Below the pieces are notes generated by a model, which searched no databases, was not told the DNA's origin, and saw only the letters and a program-made list of their open reading frames with translations. The position numbers and the translations under genes are program-made. This document shows, one piece after another, positions 61,165-64,000 of a stretch of DNA of 64,000 nt. Every line of letters starts with the position of its first letter. The stretch's first letter is position 1. This DNA is from Eledone cirrhosa (Eukaryota): contig OZ024746.1 in NCBI GenBank assembly GCA_964016885.1, forward strand, positions 71,486,001 through 71,550,000, read 5' to 3'.

Positions 61165-61640
61165 ACTAGCAGAAAAACCACCCTTTGATTGGTTTTCTGC
61201 TAACATGTGTAGTGTGTATATTGATATTATACGCAAGTATATATGCATGTAGATATGATACATCAAATAAAATCGTAATTGACAGTATACACAGAAATTG
61301 AACGAAGACTGTTACACTGCCTTATGTAATCAGTAACGTAATCCATGATACATTAAAAAAGACGATATTATATATAAACTGCATTAGAGAAAATTAGTGA
61401 CGGAAATATATGAATGTTTATTTAAGCGATCGCTAACCGAAAGTGTTGACATTCGAAAATGTTAAAGAAACGAATCTTTAAATAAGTAATAAAATATGTT
61501 TAATGAACAGCCACGAAATTTAGTAGATAAATTATGTAATATTCATTCATTATTTATTCAAAGTAATCCAACTTATTTTACAAACGGGATAAAAAAATAT
61601 ATTCTGGATGCAGTCCCGCACTCCTTACTTTATTATAGTT
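61165..61640 (-). mobile_element. Possible non-autonomous Helitron
   Basis: actag plus an adjacent hairpin (tagcagaaaa...ttttctgcta) at the left; ctttattatag at the right. Confidence 0.4.
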
Positions 61641-61720
61641 TAGATGGTGTGCTTTGTTAATCTGGAGTTTCACCTGCGAACTCACATATACACATGCACA
61701 GACAAATAAACACACACAAA

Positions 61721-61797
<77 letters not shown>

Positions 61798-61800
<3 letters not shown>

Positions 61801-62868
61801 TTACACAATTATGTTCAAATCCTTTAATTGCTGACAATCGTTTCTTCCAAACTTTCGTTTGGAATCATCGGAGCATTAGAAATGTTTGTACATATAATTA
61901 ACCTCCTATTCAACTGAACAATCATATAGATACATATATATTGATGTTGTGAACAACAGTTTCGTATTTACAGGGTGCAATGGATGCGACATATATTATA
62001 CGAGAATTGTACAAAAATTAAAATTAAAATTAAAAGCACAGAGTGGAATAAATGCGACAGATAATAGAAGAGAATAGTCTAATAATTAAAGAGGCATTGA
62101 TGTAGAATGAGGACACTAACAGTACATATGCAGGCGTGTAGAAAGTGCACATGCGTTAGTCATATATATGAGAAGGAAACAAGCAAAGGTATTAGGCATA
62201 TATAAATAAATAAATAAATACTGTATGGCAAAGGTATTACATAAAATACCAAACAAATGTGTTAGTGTATTAAAAATTATGGTGGATGTAATGTGATGAT
62301 AGATACTGTAGTGTTCAAATTTGTATGTGTTGAGAGTATCAAAGTTATTGTTGTCTTTTCCATTACATATGTTAAATTATATTTTAGTTTATATTGAATG
62401 TTTTTTGTTAGTTACAGCAATGGATTGTAAATTGGTCTTATTGTATTCTTATTCATGGATTAGAGTTGTTCCACAGGTAGTTTTTCTAACGGTTTAATTT
62501 CCGGAAGTGAGTATGAAATCCAAGATTAAGGGGAGCTAATGCGTAAGAAGAGGTAACTAGCTAATTAAATTAAATTAAAATATATAGGAAAGTGCTTTTA
62601 ATTTTAATTTGAATTTTTGTACAATTCTCGTATAATATATGTCGCATCCATTACACCATGTAACTACGAAACTGTTGTTCACAACATCAATATATATGTA
62701 TCTATATGATTGTTCAGTTGAATATATATGTATCTATATGATTGTTCAGGAGGTTAATTATATGTACAAACATTGCTAATGCGCCGATGATGCCAAACGA
62801 AAGTTTGGAAGAAACGATTGTCAGCGATTAAATGATTTGAACATAACTTTGATAATTGTGTAATTTAT
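61798..62868. mobile_element. Element with ~240-270-bp inverted arms, each carrying a CCGATGA hammerhead-like motif (61829-61875 -, 62780-62826 +)
   Basis: Arms 61798-62039 / 62592-62868; TGCT-CCGATGA-TTCCAAAC gaaa GTTTGGAA-GAAA-CGATTG-TC|AGCA. Confidence 0.75.
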
Positions 62869-62971
62869 ATTCCTGCTCTGTAAAACACCAGATGTTCTTA
62901 CATTGAGCTATTTCTCTTACTGGTAATAAGGTATATATATATATATAGAGAGAGAGAGAGAAAGAGAGAGA

Positions 62972-63045
62972 GTGTCCCAAAAATATATACACACTTCAAC
63001 AGCATTCAAATAAAAGTACGTATACATTTTTTGGGACACCTTGTA
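62972..63045. mobile_element. Tc1/mariner-type MITE remnant
   Basis: gtgtcccaaaaa ... tttttgggacaccttg|ta inverted ends. Confidence 0.5.
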
Positions 63046-63061
63046 TATATATATAATTATA

Positions 63062-63130
<69 letters not shown>

Positions 63131-63137
<7 letters not shown>

Positions 63138-64000
63138 TATGTGAGCTGATAGAGAACAGTTTAAGGATTTACAGAAGCCCAAGAAGCTAGATTTAACATC
63201 TTCCTAGCGGGTCCGGGTATACTTTTTACATTCATTTAATTTATTGATTTATTGAGATTTTTTATCTGAGTGTCCCGAATCTTCCGGATCGCAAATTTTC
63301 GATCGTACGGTTGATTATAGACTTGTTCTGTGTGTGACGGTATTTTAACGATAGTTATAGCTCTGATTTATCTAAATTATGGAGCACTCTGCCGCTCATA
63401 TCGAATTTTGTTTATCGTGAACTCGTGCGCCGATTTTTCGATACTCGATTATTCTACTATATTTAGCTCTAGACCTAGCTATTGACCAGTTAATTTTATT
63501 GTTCATTTTTTGTCGATTCTATTAAATGATGAATAGCTCCTGTTTATTTTAACATGTCTATTGAGCACTCTTATTCGATATGTGTATTTCCACATTTTCC
63601 CGAATATTTTTCGCGGATGTAGAGGTTATCTCCCTTGCCGAATTCCATGTGCGTATTTAGCTTGGGTTATGCCATTTCATTCGTTTGGACAAAGCTCGTT
63701 GAAGAAGTAAATTTTCCTGTCCACTGGTATCTAGAAGTCTTATATATTTTTATGTGAGCTGATAGAGAACAGTTTAAGGATTTACAGAAACCCAAGAAGC
63801 TAGATTTAACATCTTCCAAGCGGGTCCGGGTATGCTTTTTACATTCATTTAATTTATTGATTTATTGAGATTTTTTATCTGAGTGTCCCGAATCTTCCGG
63901 ATCGCAAATTTTCGATCGTACGGTTGATTATAGACTTGTTCTGTGTGTGACGGTATTTTAACGATAGTTATAGCTCTGATTTATCTAAATTATGGAGCAC
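63131..64000. repeat. 613-bp tandem repeat starting from (TA)n and running off the right edge
   Basis: gtgagctgatagagaacag at 63141 and 63754; only a few substitutions between units. Confidence 0.9.

Overview
AT-rich, microsatellite-saturated animal genomic DNA. The SINE cores and the (TA)n/(CA)n/(ACC)n load suggest a mollusc, probably an octopus, but that is inference. I can support no intact host protein-coding gene, and almost all ORFs in the track are translations of simple repeats. The recognisable coding relics are a nearly full-length but disrupted Penelope-like element (RT + C-terminal GIY-YIG, with an Asn-rich insert; ~16.2-20.5 kb), an RTE-like RT fragment, a CR1/L2-group LINE 3' fragment and the C-terminus of an R4/Dong/NeSL-type element. 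The most striking structure is a window-wide population of type I hammerhead ribozyme (HHR) motifs that I folded by eye: about 15 complete or near-complete motifs from several unrelated families. They occur (i) in a 310-bp tandem array resembling a non-LTR retrozyme, (ii) in the Penelope 3' end and (iii) in many short (TA)n-flanked fold-back insertions whose inversion point repeatedly falls in or next to the ribozyme. Two recurrent core variants are visible: U.U at the base of stem II, and CCGAUGA. The window also holds SINEs, Helitron-like elements, a 3.8-kb degenerate (TAACCC)n array that may be element-borne, and a 613-bp tandem repeat at the right edge.
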